A DNA stretch of 64,000 bases, taken from NCBI GenBank assembly GCA_964016885.1, contig OZ024757.1:43834001-43898000 (forward strand), in the 5' to 3' direction. The notes under the pieces are model-generated. The model did not search any database. It saw only the letters and a list, made by a program, of their open reading frames with translations, and had not been told where the DNA came from. The stretch comes from Eledone cirrhosa. Its lineage: Eukaryota. The position numbers were made by a program, and so were the translations under genes. This document shows, one piece after another, positions 50,865-64,000 of this stretch. Each line of letters begins with the position of its first letter. Position 1 is the first letter of the stretch.

Positions 50865-51012
50865 TATATATATTAAAATAACCGATTAAAGTTTAAGCAA
50901 AGAATCGCTGCTTTCACCCTTAACGGGATCTTCTGAAATTCATTTAAGATCCCGTTAAGGTTGAAAGCAGCGATTCTTTGCTTAAACTTTAATCGGTTAT
51001 TTTAATATATAT
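50865..51012. repeat. Near-perfect palindrome (62-bp arms, 13-nt loop)
   Basis: 50871-50932 versus 50946-51007, one mismatch. Confidence 0.95.
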
Positions 51013-51257
51013 TTGCTGTACGGTTCTTATATATTTGATATATATTTATCCATATCGAGCCCTTTTTTAATTTTAGTTTTCAAATTTATTATTATTACTA
51101 TATATTATGTGTGTGTGTATATTATGTGTGTATGTATTCTGTGTGTATTATGTGTCTGTATTAGGTGTCTGTATTTGTGCGTATTATCTGTGTGTATTTG
51201 TGTATTATCTGTATTATATGTGTGTATTATATGTGTATATGTGTGTATTATGTGTGT

Positions 51258-51443
51258 TGGTGGATTGGCAGTATCGGTAGAGGGTCGGACGCCATGCTTT
51301 GACGCATAGAGTTACGGCCCTTGCTATTCTGGGTTCAAATCCCGCCGAGGTTAACTTTGCCTTTCATCCTTACGGGGTTGATAAAATAAAGGACCAGTAA
51401 TGCACTGGGATAATTGCTGGCCTTGTGCCAAAAGTAGAAACAA
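51258..51443 (+). mobile_element. tRNA-derived SINE
   Basis: tggcagtatcgg A box, gggttcaaatccc B box, family 3' tail. Confidence 0.88.
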
Positions 51444-54400
51444 TTGTGTGTATTATATGTGTGTATTATGTGTGTATTATATGTGTGTATTATCTGTGTA
51501 TTATATGTGTATATGTGTGTATTATCTGTGTGTATTATCTGTGCGTATTATCTGTATTATATGTGTGTATTATGTGTGTATTATGTGTGTATTATCTGTG
51601 TATTATCTGTGTATTATATGTGTGTATCTGTGTGTATTATCTGTGCGTATTATCTGTGCGTATTATCTGTGCGTATTATCTGTATTATATGTGTATTATG
51701 TGTGTATTATCTGTGTATTATGTGTGTATTATCTGTGTGTATATGTGTGTATTATCTGTATTATATGTGTGTATTATCTGTATTATATGTGTGTATTATG
51801 TGTGTATTATATGTGTGTATTATCTGTATTATGTGTGTATTATCTGTGTATTATATGTGTGTATATGTGTGTATTATCTGTGTATTATCTGTGCGTATTA
51901 TCTGTATTATATGTGTATTATGTGTGTATTATGTGTGTATTATCTGTGTATTATCTGTGTATTATCTGTGTATTATCTGTGTATTATATGTGTGTATATG
52001 TGTGTATTATATGTGTGTATTATCTGTGCGTATTATCTGTATTATATGTGTGTATTATCTGTATTATTATATGTGTGTATTATATGTGTGTATTATCTGT
52101 GTATTATGTGTGTATTATCTGTGTATTATATGTGTGTATATGTGTGTATTATCTGTGTATTATCTGTGCGTATTATCTGTGCGTATTATCTGTATTATAT
52201 GTGTGTATTATGTGTGTATTATGTGTGTATTATCTGTGTATTATGTGTGTATTATCTGTGTATTATATGTGTGTATATGTGTGTATTATCTGTGCGTATT
52301 ATCTGTATTATATGTGTGTATTATCTGTATTATATGTGTGTATTATATGTGTGTATTATCTGTGTATTATGTGTGTATTATCTGTGTATTATATGTGTGT
52401 ATATGTGTGTATTATATGTGTGTATTATCTGTGCGTATTATCTGTATTATATGTGTGTATTATCTGTATTATCTGTGTGTATTATGTGTGTATTATATGT
52501 GTGTATTATCTGTGTATTATGTGTGTATTATCTGTATTATATGTGTGTATATGTGTGTATTATCTGTGCGTATTATCTGTATTATATGTGTGTATTATGT
52601 GTGTATTATGTGTGTATTATCTGTGTATTATGTGTGTATTATCTGTGTATTATATGTGTGTATATGTGTGTATTATCTGCGTATTATCTGTATTATATGT
52701 GTGTATTATGTGTGTATTATATGTGTGTATTATCTGTGTATTATGTGTGTATTATCTGTGTATTATATGTGTGTATTATCTGTGCGTATTATCTGTATTA
52801 TATGTGTGTATTATCTGTATTATATGTGTGTATTATATGTGTATTATGTGTGTATTATCTGTGTATTATATGTGTGTATATGTGTGTATTATATGTGTGT
52901 ATTATCTGTGCGTATTATCTGTATTATATGTGTGTATTATCTGTATTATATGTGTGTATTATGTGTGTATTATATGTGTGTATTATCTGTGTATTATGTG
53001 TGTATTATGTGTATTATATGTGTGTATATGTGTGTATTATATGTGTGTATTATCTGTGTATTATGTGTGTATTATCTGTCTATTATATGTGTGTATTATA
53101 TGTGTGTATTATCTGTGCGTATTATCTGTATTATATGTGTGTATTATCTGTATTATATGTGTGTATTATGTGTGTATTATATGTGTGTATTATCTGTGTA
53201 TTATGTGTGTATTATCTGTGTATTATATGTGTGTATATGTGTGTATTATCTGCGTATTATCTGTATTATATGTGTGTATTATGTGTGTATTATATGTGTG
53301 TATTATCTGTGTATTATGTGTGTATTATCTGTGTATTATATGTGTGTATTATCTGTGCGTATTATCTGTATTATATGTGTGTATTATCTGTATTATATGT
53401 GTGTATTATGTGTGTATTATATGTGTGTATTATCTGTGTATTATGTGTGTATTATCTGTGTATTATATGTGTATATGTGTGTATTATCTGTGCGTATTAT
53501 CTGTATTATATGTGTGTATTATGTGTGTATTATGTGTGTATTATGTGTGTATTATCTGTGTATTATGTGTGTATTATCTGTGTATTATCTGTATTATATG
53601 TGTGTATTATGTGTGTATTATCTGCGTATTATCTGTATTATATGTGTGTATTATGTGTGTATTATCTGTCTATTATATGTGTGTATATGTGTGTATTATA
53701 TGTGTGTATTATCTGTGCGTATTATCTGTATTATATGTGTGTATTATGTGTGTATTATATGTGTGTATTATCTGTGTATTATGTGTGTATTATCTGTGTA
53801 TTATATGTGTGTATATGTGTGTATTATCTGTGCGTATTATCTGTATTATATGTGTGTATTATGTGTGTATTATGTGTGTATTATCTGTGTATTATGTGTG
53901 TATTATCTGTGTATTATATGTGTGTATATGTGTGTATTATATGTGTGTATTATCTGTGCGTATTATCTGTATTATATGTGTGTATTATCTGTATTATATG
54001 TGTGTATTATGTGTGTATTATATGTGTGTATTATCTGTGTATTATGTGTGTATTATCTGTGTATTATATGTGTGTATATGTGTGTATTATATGTGTGTAT
54101 TATCTGTGCGTATTATCTGTATTATATGTGTGTATTATCTGTATTATCTGTGTGTATTATGTGTGTATTATATGTGTGTATTATCTGTGTATTATGTGTG
54201 TATTATCTGTATTATATGTGTGTATATGTGTGTATTATCTGTGCGTATTATCTGTATTATATGTGTGTATTATGTGTGTATTATGTGTGTATTATCTGTG
54301 TATTATGTGTGTATTATCTGTGTATTATATGTGTGTATATGTGTGTATTATCTGCGTATTATCTGTATTATATGTGTGTATTATGTGTGTATTATATGTG

Positions 54401-57400
54401 TGTATTATCTGTGTATTATGTGTGTATTATCTGTGTATTATGTGTGTATTATCTGTGTATTATATGTGTATATGTGTGTATTATCTGTGCGTATTATCTG
54501 TATTATATGTGTGTATTATCTGTATTATATGTGTGTATTATATGTGTATTATGTGTGTATTATCTGTGTATTATATGTGTGTATATGTGTGTATTATATG
54601 TGTGTATTATCTGTGCGTATTATCTGTATTATATGTGTGTATTATCTGTATTATATGTGTGTATTATGTGTGTATTATGTGTGTATTATCTGTGTATTAT
54701 GTGTGTATTATGTGTATTATATGTGTGTATATGTGTGTATTATATGTGTGTATTATCTGTGTATTATGTGTGTATTATCTGTCTATTATATGTGTGTATT
54801 ATATGTGTGTATTATCTGTGCGTATTATCTGTATTATATGTGTGTATTATCTGTATTATATGTGTGTATTATGTGTGTATTATGTGTGTATTATCTGTGT
54901 ATTATGTGTGTATTATCTGTGTATTATATGTGTGTATATGTGTGTATTATCTGCGTATTATCTGTATTATATGTGTGTATTATCTGTATTATATGTGTGT
55001 ATTATGTGTGTATTATATGTGTGTATTATCTGTGTATTATGTGTGTATTATCTGTGTATTATATGTGTGTATATGTGTGTATTATCTGTGCGTATTATCT
55101 GTATTATATGTGTGTATTATGTGTGTATTATGTGTGTATTATCTGTGTATTATGTGTGTATTATCTGTGTATTATATGTGTGTATATGTGTGTATTATAT
55201 GTGTGTATTATCTGTGCGTATTATCTGTATTATATGTGTGTATTATCTGTATTATATGTGTGTATTATGTGTGTATTATATGTGTGTATTATCTGTGTAT
55301 TATGTGTGTATTATCTGTGTATTATATGTGTGTATATGTGTGTATTATCTGCGTATTATCTGTATTATATGTGTGTATTATGTGTGTATTATATGTGTGT
55401 ATTATCTGTGTATTATGTGTGTATTATCTGTGTATTATATGTGTGTATTATCTGTGCGTATTATCTGTATTATATGTGTGTATTATCTGTATTATATGTG
55501 TGTATTATGTGTGTATTATATGTGTGTATTATCTGTGTATTATGTGTGTATTATGTGTGTATTATATGTGTATATGTGTGTATTATCTGTGCGTATTATC
55601 TGTATTATATGTGTGTATTATGTGTGTATTATGTGTGTATTATGTGTGTATTATCTGTGTATTATGTGTGTATTATCTGTGTATTATCTGTATTATATGT
55701 GTGTATTATGTGTGTATTATCTGCGTATTATCTGTATTATATGTGTGTATTATGTGTGTATTATCTGTCTATTATATGTGTGTATATGTGTGTATTATAT
55801 GTGTGTATTATCTGTGCGTATTATCTGTATTATATGTGTGTATTATGTGTGTATTATATGTGTGTATTATCTGTGTATTATGTGTGTATTATCTGTGTAT
55901 TATATGTGTGTATATGTGTGTATTATATGTGTGTATTATCTGTGCGTATTATCTGTATTATATGTGTGTATTATCTGTATTATATGTGTGTATTATGTGT
56001 GTATTATATGTGTGTATTATCTGTGTATTATGTGTGTATTATCTGTGTATTATATGTGTGTATATGTGTGTATTATATGTGTGTATTATCTGTGCGTATT
56101 ATCTGTATTATGTGTGTATTATCTGTATTATATGTGTGTATTATGTGTGTATTATGTGTGTATTATCTGTGTATTATGTGTGTATTATCTGTGTATTATA
56201 TGTGTGTATATGTGTGTATTATATGTGTGTATTATCTGTGCGTATTATCTGTATTATATGTGTGTATTATCTGTATTATATGTGTGTATTATATGTGTGT
56301 ATTATCTGTATTATGTGTGTATTATCTGTGTATTATATGTGTGTATATGTGTGTATTATATGTGTGTATTATCTGTGCGTATTATCTGTATTATATGTGT
56401 GTATTATCTGTATTATCTGTGTGTATTATGTGTGTATTATATGTGTGTATTATCTGTGTATTATGTGTGTATTATCTGTGTATTATATGTGTGTATATGT
56501 GTGTATTATATGTGTGTATTATCTGTGCGTATTATCTGTATTATGTGTGTATTATCTGTGTATTATATGTGTGTATATGTGTGTATTATATGTGTGTATT
56601 ATCTGTGTGTATTATCTGTATTATGTGTGTATTATCTGTGTATTATATGTGTGTATATGTGTGTATTATATGTGTGTATTATCTGTGCGTATTATCTGTA
56701 TTATATGTGTGTATTATCTGTATTATATGTGTGTATTATGTGTGTATTATATGTGTGTATTATCTGTGTATTATGTGTGTATTATCTGTGTATTATATGT
56801 GTGTATTATCTGTGCGTATTATCTGTATTATATGTGTGTATTATCTGTATTATATGTGTGTATTATGTGTGTATTATATGTGTGTATTATCTGTGTATTA
56901 TGTGTGTATTATCTGTGTATTATATGTGTATATGTGTGTATTATCTGTGCGTATTATCTGTATTATATGTGTGTATTATGTGTGTATTATGTGTGTATTA
57001 TGTGTGTATTATCTGTGTATTATGTGTGTATTATCTGTGTATTATATGTGTGTATATGTGTGTATTATCTGCGTATTATCTGTATTATATGTGTGTATTA
57101 TGTGTGTATTATCTGTCTATTATATGTGTGTATATGTGTGTATTATCTGTGTATTATATGTGTGTATTATCTGTGCGTATTATCTGTATTATATGTGTGT
57201 ATTATGTGTGTATTATCTGTGTATTATGTGTGTATTATCTGTATTATATGTGTGTATTATCTGTGCGTATTATCTGTATTATATGTGTGTATTATCTGTA
57301 TTATATGTGTGTATTATATGTGTGTATTATCTGTGTATTATGTGTGTATTATCTGTGTATTATATGTGTGTATATGTGTGTATTATCTGTGCGTATTATC

Positions 57401-57490
57401 TGTATTATATGTGTGTATTATCTGTATTATATGTGTGTATTATGTGTGTATTGTGTGTAGTATGTCTGTATTATGTGTGTATTTGTAATA
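51444..57490. repeat. Complex modular satellite (TATTAT + GTGTG/ATGTGTG/CTGTG/CTG/CTGTGCG modules)
   Basis: Directly visible; a more degenerate version lies at ~51100-51257. Confidence 0.97.
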
Positions 57491-57559
57491 AATGTCTACT
57501 ATATACACATGTATATATATATAATATATAAATACAATATAATAATATATAAGTTGGTG

Positions 57560-58710
57560 TGTATCGGGTTTGTGTTTATATCACCGTAGAAATCTGTTTA
57601 TGCAACATTCTAATTAGCAAAGGGAAATTACTGTAGTATATTTTAATAAAAATATTTTATTTTCCGTTTTAGCCAGAAATTTTGTTGTTTGATAAAACTG
57701 TCATTGAATTTATGCCTTGTCTGTTTCTGCTGAAGACTACTTTACTAATTAAGCTTAGGCTTAATTTATTATATCGGTTTTCATCGTAAAATTGAGACGG
57801 GTGTTTTTTCATGTCTATTTAATGCAGCACGTTAGTGATATAGTAAGTTTTAGTTTCTATTTGTTTGAATATCATTTCGAAGCAGATACGACGGGGTTCA
57901 TTAATTTCTAGATGAATTATTTGGGTTTAGTTTTAGTTTGTGGTTGTGTGTGTGTGTGTGTGTGGGGGGGGGGTATATATAAAACTGAATAGCTATATAT
58001 ATTTATATCATCTTGTCAATATCTAACCTTTTTCCTCATAAATATAGACAGAAATTACGGTATACAAGTAGGCACATGCATTAAAACTTAATATATGGTT
58101 ATGTTACCAGGAAGCTGGAGAGTGAAAGTAATATAGTTACGGTTATCTTGAGGAAACGCTATATTTTTTTTTTTATACGCTTTTGCAATATAAGAATAGG
58201 AAACGAAGACAAACTGATTGATGCAGACAAAATATATATTTATGGTAATTGTTCAGAATTAAGATCGTAGATGTGACCGATGTGAAGCAGCTGTAGAAAG
58301 TTGGCATGATGTAGTGAAGAATGCAGTGGGTAGAAAAGACATCCCCGAGAATAAACATAGAAAGAGTAGTTGGTGATTGTTGCAGTGAAAATCAATGAAG
58401 TACAAGCATAACGGACAAGAGAGAAGAATGCAGGCCCAGCAGTTGGAGTTCGCTGCCAAGCAGATGCCAATATAATATGAAATATTAGGGAATCGGATAA
58501 TGTCGATTCCGTTTTATTGCAAAAGCGAATCCTTTAAAGTGCGAAACAATATAGTGTTTGTCGTTGATGTATTTATATCTATATTACTCTACATAAGCCC
58601 GCAAACAGGCCTTCAACAGTAAATATGTAATTGGCCTTTGTTTAAAAAGAAATTTTTTTTCTTAATATAATTGTTTATCTGCTGGATTGGTCATTGACCA
58701 TTTTAGTAGG
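57560..58710. repeat. Unclassified ~1.1-kb repeat, copy 1
   Basis: Colinear with 63110-64000 and partly with 61300-61870. Confidence 0.85.
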
Positions 58711-58849
58711 AGAGGGGATTTTGTTAGTGGTGTGTTACCTTCGCTGACTTAACTCTCTGAGAAAGAAAAGCAATTATATTTTTCTTTGACTGTATTTAGC
58801 CACTGAAGAATGGGTGTAGCTCCTTGGAGCACTCCAACCAATAATTCGA

Positions 58850-60290
58850 AGAACCATCGGGTGTAATGACTTTGGCTTTAGTGTTCGTGTAGAGCAGTGA
58901 TACTTTTGTATTCCACAAAAATCTTGATCAGGCAGTGACGATAGTCAGAATTATAGGCAATTTGCTTTAGCTCCCTCAAATATCTTCCTCAGCATCAGGA
59001 TGTGACCGTTGGTTGATCTTTATCTCTGAAGCTGTTCTGGTTGTTTGAGCTTTTTGTCCATGTAGGGCTGGATTCTCTTAAGAATCATCCTGTTGAGGTT
59101 CTTTGCCACAAGTGAGGTCTCCCTGTAGTTGTTGCTGTTAAAGAGATCTGCCTTCTTTGGCAGTGGCACGAAGTTACTGATCGTCCACTGGTTCAGGGAA
59201 ACTCGTTTCTCCAGTCCCTTTTTACAGAACTGCAAGCTATGAAAATCACAACTCTACATGACCTGATGCCACTCGATTTTCTCCATGGGCCTTGCCCTCC
59301 TTTATCTTCTTTTTTTGCTCTCTGAAGCTCTCTGGCAAAGGGTCCTGTCTCAATATTCAGTTTTTGTAACAGCCACCTGATCTGCCCAGTGTTCTTGGCT
59401 GTGGAGGGCATCTCATAGTTGTGTTCTAAAATGGTCCAGCCACTTCCTTTTTCCTATCCTCTGGATCTGTTTCCTTGATCTGACCTTTCCTCCATGTGAT
59501 CTCGTTGATCATCCAACTGTCAACCGTTCTCTTAACACTTTTAGTGCCTCCTCTCTGGCGTCAGTGTAAGCGGTACAGAGTGCTTCCCTCATCACCTCCA
59601 CTGTGTCCATCCTCTCCATAGGATCAGCACAGAATTGGTCCTTGGCAGGCTGCACACACCTTTGGGTCTGCAGAACTGACATGCTTCTTCTTCTTTCTCC
59701 TCAGCATCAGTGTCTCACTTGCTTCTGCTACTGCATTGTTCAAGTAGCCGTACCTCTTTGTCAAACTCTCTACAAAGAGCACTGAACCTGTTGCTCACTT
59801 CTCCTGTGAACCTCTTCTGTAGCTTATGTTCATTGAAAGTTCCCCAGTCATAGATTATACTGTTGGTGTAGCCTTGCTCTTTCTTAAGCTCACTCGGACC
59901 TCACTCATAACAAGCATGTGTCCACTGTCCCAGTGTACTGAAATAGTTGTATGGTTCTGTGTTGAGAACACTATTGCGCTGCTTTTTCCTCACCAGAAAG
60001 AAATCAATCTAGGTCTTGGTCCACATCTTTTCTGGATTCTTCCTTAACGTTAGGTTGGTTGCCATCAAGTTTGCATCCAGCATGGCGTCTGTCGGTAGTC
60101 TTCCATTTCGGTTGGTGTTAGGGAATTACCAGCGCGGATCTTCACTGCTCTCCTTACTCAGATGTGCATAGAAGTCCCTCAGAAGAATGATGTTTTGAGC
60201 TTGTGTGGTGTTGACAGCTCTACAGATCTCATGAAATTCCTCTGCATTCACATCACTGTCTCCCTTGGTAGAACTATAAGCTGATATCCG
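58850..60290 (-). pseudogene. Highly decayed RTE-like LINE of a second family (EN to early RT)
   Basis: QWTISNFVPLPKKADL...NNYR..SL.AK.LNRMILKRIQP; EN-like remnants near 59900-60290. Confidence 0.7.
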
Positions 60291-60294
60291 GTTT

Positions 60295-61255
60295 TAAATT
60301 CCTGTTATTGCCTGCAGGACTATGATAAAAAGGAGAGGGCTAAGAACAGCCCTGGTGTACACGGACCTGCATGCTAAATTCCTCGCTCTAATCATTGATA
60401 ACCCTAACTTTGCTGATTGTTTCTTTATACATGGCTTGTACAGCCCTCATAAGCCATTCATCTACTTTTAATTTTCCAAGAGCCGACCGTATTATAGCAT
60501 GGTGGACTCTGTCGAAGGCTTTTTCCATTTCGACAAATGCCAGGTAGAGTGGCTTACTTTTAGCTAGGTACTAATCAACTGTGCTATAACTCTTTACGTT
60601 ACTTTCATGATCTGGTCCATCAGCTTTATACCTCTCTAGTTTCCTCTATCTAGTGCATCACCTTTACCTTTGTATCAGTTGACCATGATGCTGCTGCACG
60701 AATCGTTTAGTATTATCTAGTTAACATTACTTGTGGTTATGGTCTGATCTACTGACCCAGATGCCTTGAGCATCTCGGCAACTATACCCGATGGACCGGT
60801 TGCCTTCCCCGTCTTCATATCTTTGATTGCCATACTATATTGCTGCTGACTTGTTCTGCTAGCCCTTCTATAGGGTTCACTTTGGGTATGGTATCTTTTT
60901 CCCATGCATTCTCCCCATTTAGTAATCTTTCATACTGGCTCTTCCATGCATCTCCTCAGAAATTGTGAGTGCAATCTGACCTTTATCATTCTGGATACAC
61001 TTTTGTCCAATGACATCACAATTCTCTGACACACTGCCTCGTAATCTCGAACACCTGTTTCTGTTCCTCGTGTTGCAAAAGATGCTTGAAATTCCTATCC
61101 TCTACCTCCCTTCTAGCTAAGTATACTTGTCGCCTAGCTTTGCTCCTGGTCTCTCTGTAATGTGCCCTGTTTTTCCATTCTTTCCATGCCTGTCTCTTAG
61201 CCTTAATTGCCTCATCTACCATATTGTTCTACCACCAAGTGACTCTCCTAATCCA
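60295..61255 (-). pseudogene. RTE fragment
   Basis: AIKDMKTGKATGPSGIVAEMLKASG; VDEAIKAKRQAWKEWK; degenerate FV..EKAFDRV. Confidence 0.88.
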
Positions 61256-61299
61256 TGTATATATCTTTTTATCATTATCCTTTTCTCAAATATACACAC

Positions 61300-61870
61300 A
61301 TGCAAATATTATGCATGGATATGTTAACTGGTAGCTGGAGAGTGAGAATAATATAGATGATAAAAATCTATCTTCAGCAACAAGTGCTATATTGTCTCCC
61401 ATGTTGAAAGATATTATTTTACAATATAAGAACTTGAAACTAAGACTAACTGATGTATAGAATAGAAAGACCTAGATGTGAAAAGAAGTGGAAATTGTGC
61501 AGATTGAAGATTGAAGATTTGACCGATGTGAAGAAACTGGAAAGATGTTTCGAAAAGAGTGAAGAATGCAGTCCGTAGGAAAGACACCCCCGAGAGTGAA
61601 CATTTGAAGCTAGAGCAAGGTTTTAAGAGTTAGAAAGAGTAGTTGTTGATTGTTCCTGTGAAAAGCAATGAAGTGCAAGCATAACAGACGAGACAAGAAT
61701 GCAGACCCAGCAGTCGGAGATAAGCAGCGAAGCAGATGCCAATATAATATTAAATATTAGAGAATCAGTTTGTTCTTATTTCATGTTTTATTGCGAAATG
61801 GTATTGTTGAAAGCTAAAGACAATATAGCGTTTGTTGAAGATGATGTATACTTTCTATGCAGAAATAAGG
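61300..61870. repeat. Unclassified repeat, copy 2 (partial, more diverged)
   Basis: gaccgatgtgaag..gaagaatgca..aagaca.cccgaga..aatgaagtgcaagcataac..agatgccaatataat. Confidence 0.8.
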
Positions 61871-61889
61871 AAACATTTGCAGTCATCTT

Positions 61890-62720
61890 CATAATCATAC
61901 GTTCGCTTTCAAGTGTGGGACATGTACTATTGAGCACCGCCTCTCCACTTATACCGGTCGTTGGTCACCTCGTTGGTGATTGTTAGCGATTTGAGGTCTG
62001 CTTTCACCACCCGTCTGTTTTTCTTAGTCTTCCTTCTACTGGAATTACTTGGCACATGTTTACCCAGCAAACCATCTTATTCTTCTCTCCTGCACATAAC
62101 TCATACCCATTTTCTCTCTCAACTCATCTCTGCTCGGTCGTCGGAGCATGCTTCCTTCATTTCTTTGCCAGCCTTGGCATATTCTCTGCAATTGCTGGCC
62201 ATGTCTCACTTCTTCCAACCCATCTTTATTGTAGATATTATGGCCTCGTAGTAGCCTCCTCTCTTTCTAATCTGCTCATCTGTATAGAACCCACCTTCAT
62301 TTGAAAACTGTTTCTATCACTGTCACTTCTACTGTGAAATTTCTCTGTACATGTAGTTTTCACTACCTGTTTGCTTGCTATCCCACTACATATGTTGAGT
62401 ACCCCAGATGTGCATTGTGTATATTTTATAGAATTTATCCCAACTCCTTTTCAACATAGGGAGCATGTCCTCTTTTCTATGTTTTTATTCTGTCCTCTTG
62501 CTTCCAACTACTGTTTCCATAGACAGCATTTCTTCTTTAGCTTCTTTACTGATTCTGCTATAAGAACCAGATCGTCATGGACAGCTAGTTTTAAACGCAT
62601 CTGTTACTGACAGCACCTCTGTACAAAGCCTGCACTGCCCTCACAAGACATTCCCCAACACCTAGTTTGGTTAGGCACCACCAGATGACAGATCATGGTA
62701 CCCTACCAAAGGAGTTGTCT
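61890..62720 (-). pseudogene. Decayed RTE 3' fragment (RT end, PHD finger, C-terminus)
   Basis: Reverse complement resembles ~520-1700 and 10850-11300. Confidence 0.75.
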
Positions 62721-62831
62721 GTCAACAAAATTAATTGCTAAGATGGATTACATTGCCACCGGTTATATTTTATATATTTCCTAAGACTCGTTTGATTAAA
62801 AAGCTTTTACTGACATTATTAGTTGTAGCTA

Positions 62832-63017
62832 GGCGGTGGGTTGGCAGTATCGGTGGAGGGTCGGACGCCATGCTTTGACTTAAAGAGTTACGTCCCTTTA
62901 CGATCTGAGTTCAAATCCCGCCGAGGTTAACTTTGCCTTTCATCCTTACGGGGTGGATAAAATAAAGTACCAGTAATGTACTGGGTTATTGCCGGCCTTG
63001 TGCCAAAAGTAGAAACA
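62832..63017 (+). mobile_element. Full-length tRNA-derived SINE with 17-bp target site duplication
   Basis: A box tggcagtatcgg, B box gagttcaaatccc; TSD attattagttgtagcta at 62815-62831 and 63018-63034. Confidence 0.93.
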
Positions 63018-63109
63018 ATTATTAGTTGTAGCTATAAGTTTAGCTAGATTGCCAGCGTTGAAATAGTATATGTCTATGTATGTATACACGTACACATGTT
63101 ATTATGTAT

Positions 63110-64000
63110 AGTGTTTTTGTGTTTATACGTCTACAAATGTTTATGCCATATTTCAATTAGCAAAGGGAGTTTTACTCTTGGATATTTTAATAAAATTACG
63201 AGTTGTTTCCCCTCTTAGCAGGAAATTTAGTTGTTTGATAAAACTCAATATTCAAGGCTGGTTGTCTCGGTCAGTGGTAAGCGTCTGTTGAAGACTAGAC
63301 ATCGAAATTACGATATACAAGTACACGCATGGATATGTTGCCAAGGAGCTGTCGAGTGATTATAATGTAGATAAGCAAAATCTATGAACACTCGCTATAT
63401 TATCTCGCACTTTTATGGATATGTTTTTGCAATACAAGAATAGGAAACGAAGAAAAACTAATTCACTGAATACAGTGTGATGCAGGCAAAAGATGTTGAA
63501 ATTGTGCCGAATTAAGATTGAAAATTTGACCGATGTGAAAGAAGCTGTGGAAAATTTGCATGATGTAATGAAGAATGCATTGGTTAGAAAAGACATCCCC
63601 GAGAATAAACAGAAAGACTAGTTGCGGATTGTTCCAGTGAAAATCAATGAAGTGCAAGCATAACAGATGAGAGAAGCATGCAGGCCCAGCAGTTCGAGTT
63701 AGCTGCCAAGGAGATGCCAATATAATATAAAATATTAATGGAATCAGATAGTTTATTGATTCCCTGTTTTATTGCAAAAGCGAATCCTTTAAAGTGCGAG
63801 ACAATATAGTGTTTGTCGTTGATGTATTTTTATCTATATTACTCTGCGTAAATACGGAAAAATTTATGAGATGCCCGACCCTACATAAGCCCACAAACAG
63901 ACATTCAACAGTAAATATTTAATTGTCCTTTGTTTAAAAAGAAATTTTTTTTTCTTAATATAATTGTTTATCTGCTGGATTGGTCATTGACCATTTTAGT
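63110..64000. repeat. Unclassified ~1.1-kb repeat, copy 3 (runs off window)
   Basis: Colinear with 57560-58710. Confidence 0.85.

Noticed and set aside
51400-57531. Three ~2000-aa Cys-rich ORFs
   Set aside because: Satellite modules cannot form stop codons; all three frames give the same low-complexity vocabulary.
58797-58880. CTGAAGA followed by a hairpin
   Set aside because: No correctly placed GAAA, stem III or adjacent stem I.
62832-62925. tRNA gene
   Set aside because: A/B boxes but no cloverleaf; multi-copy with tail and TSD, so a SINE.

Overview
AT-rich, microsatellite-rich animal genomic DNA; the SINE and LINE families resemble those of octopod cephalopods (inference). I see no intact host protein-coding gene. 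The window is mostly decayed transposons: RTE LINEs (one with a PHD finger after the RT), Tx1, R4/Dong and CRE-like LINE pieces, Gypsy, Merlin, pogo/Tigger, three Helitrons and tRNA-SINEs. Two large repeats dominate: a ~21.8-kb array of 3350-bp units (~9570-31370) and a ~6-kb modular satellite (51444-57490) whose 2000-aa ORFs are artefacts. The main signals not shown in the ORF track are RNA-level. (1) At least six sequence-distinct Type I hammerhead ribozyme motifs, including a 208-nt retrozyme-like tandem and a recurrent CAGAAGA core variant. (2) A candidate HDV-like ribozyme at the 5' end of a 600-bp bipartite LINE derivative. (3) In every array unit, a head-to-head pair of RTE endonuclease fragments, one arm carrying clustered A-to-G changes with ADAR-like context. 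All structures and alignments were done by eye; TE boundaries are approximate.
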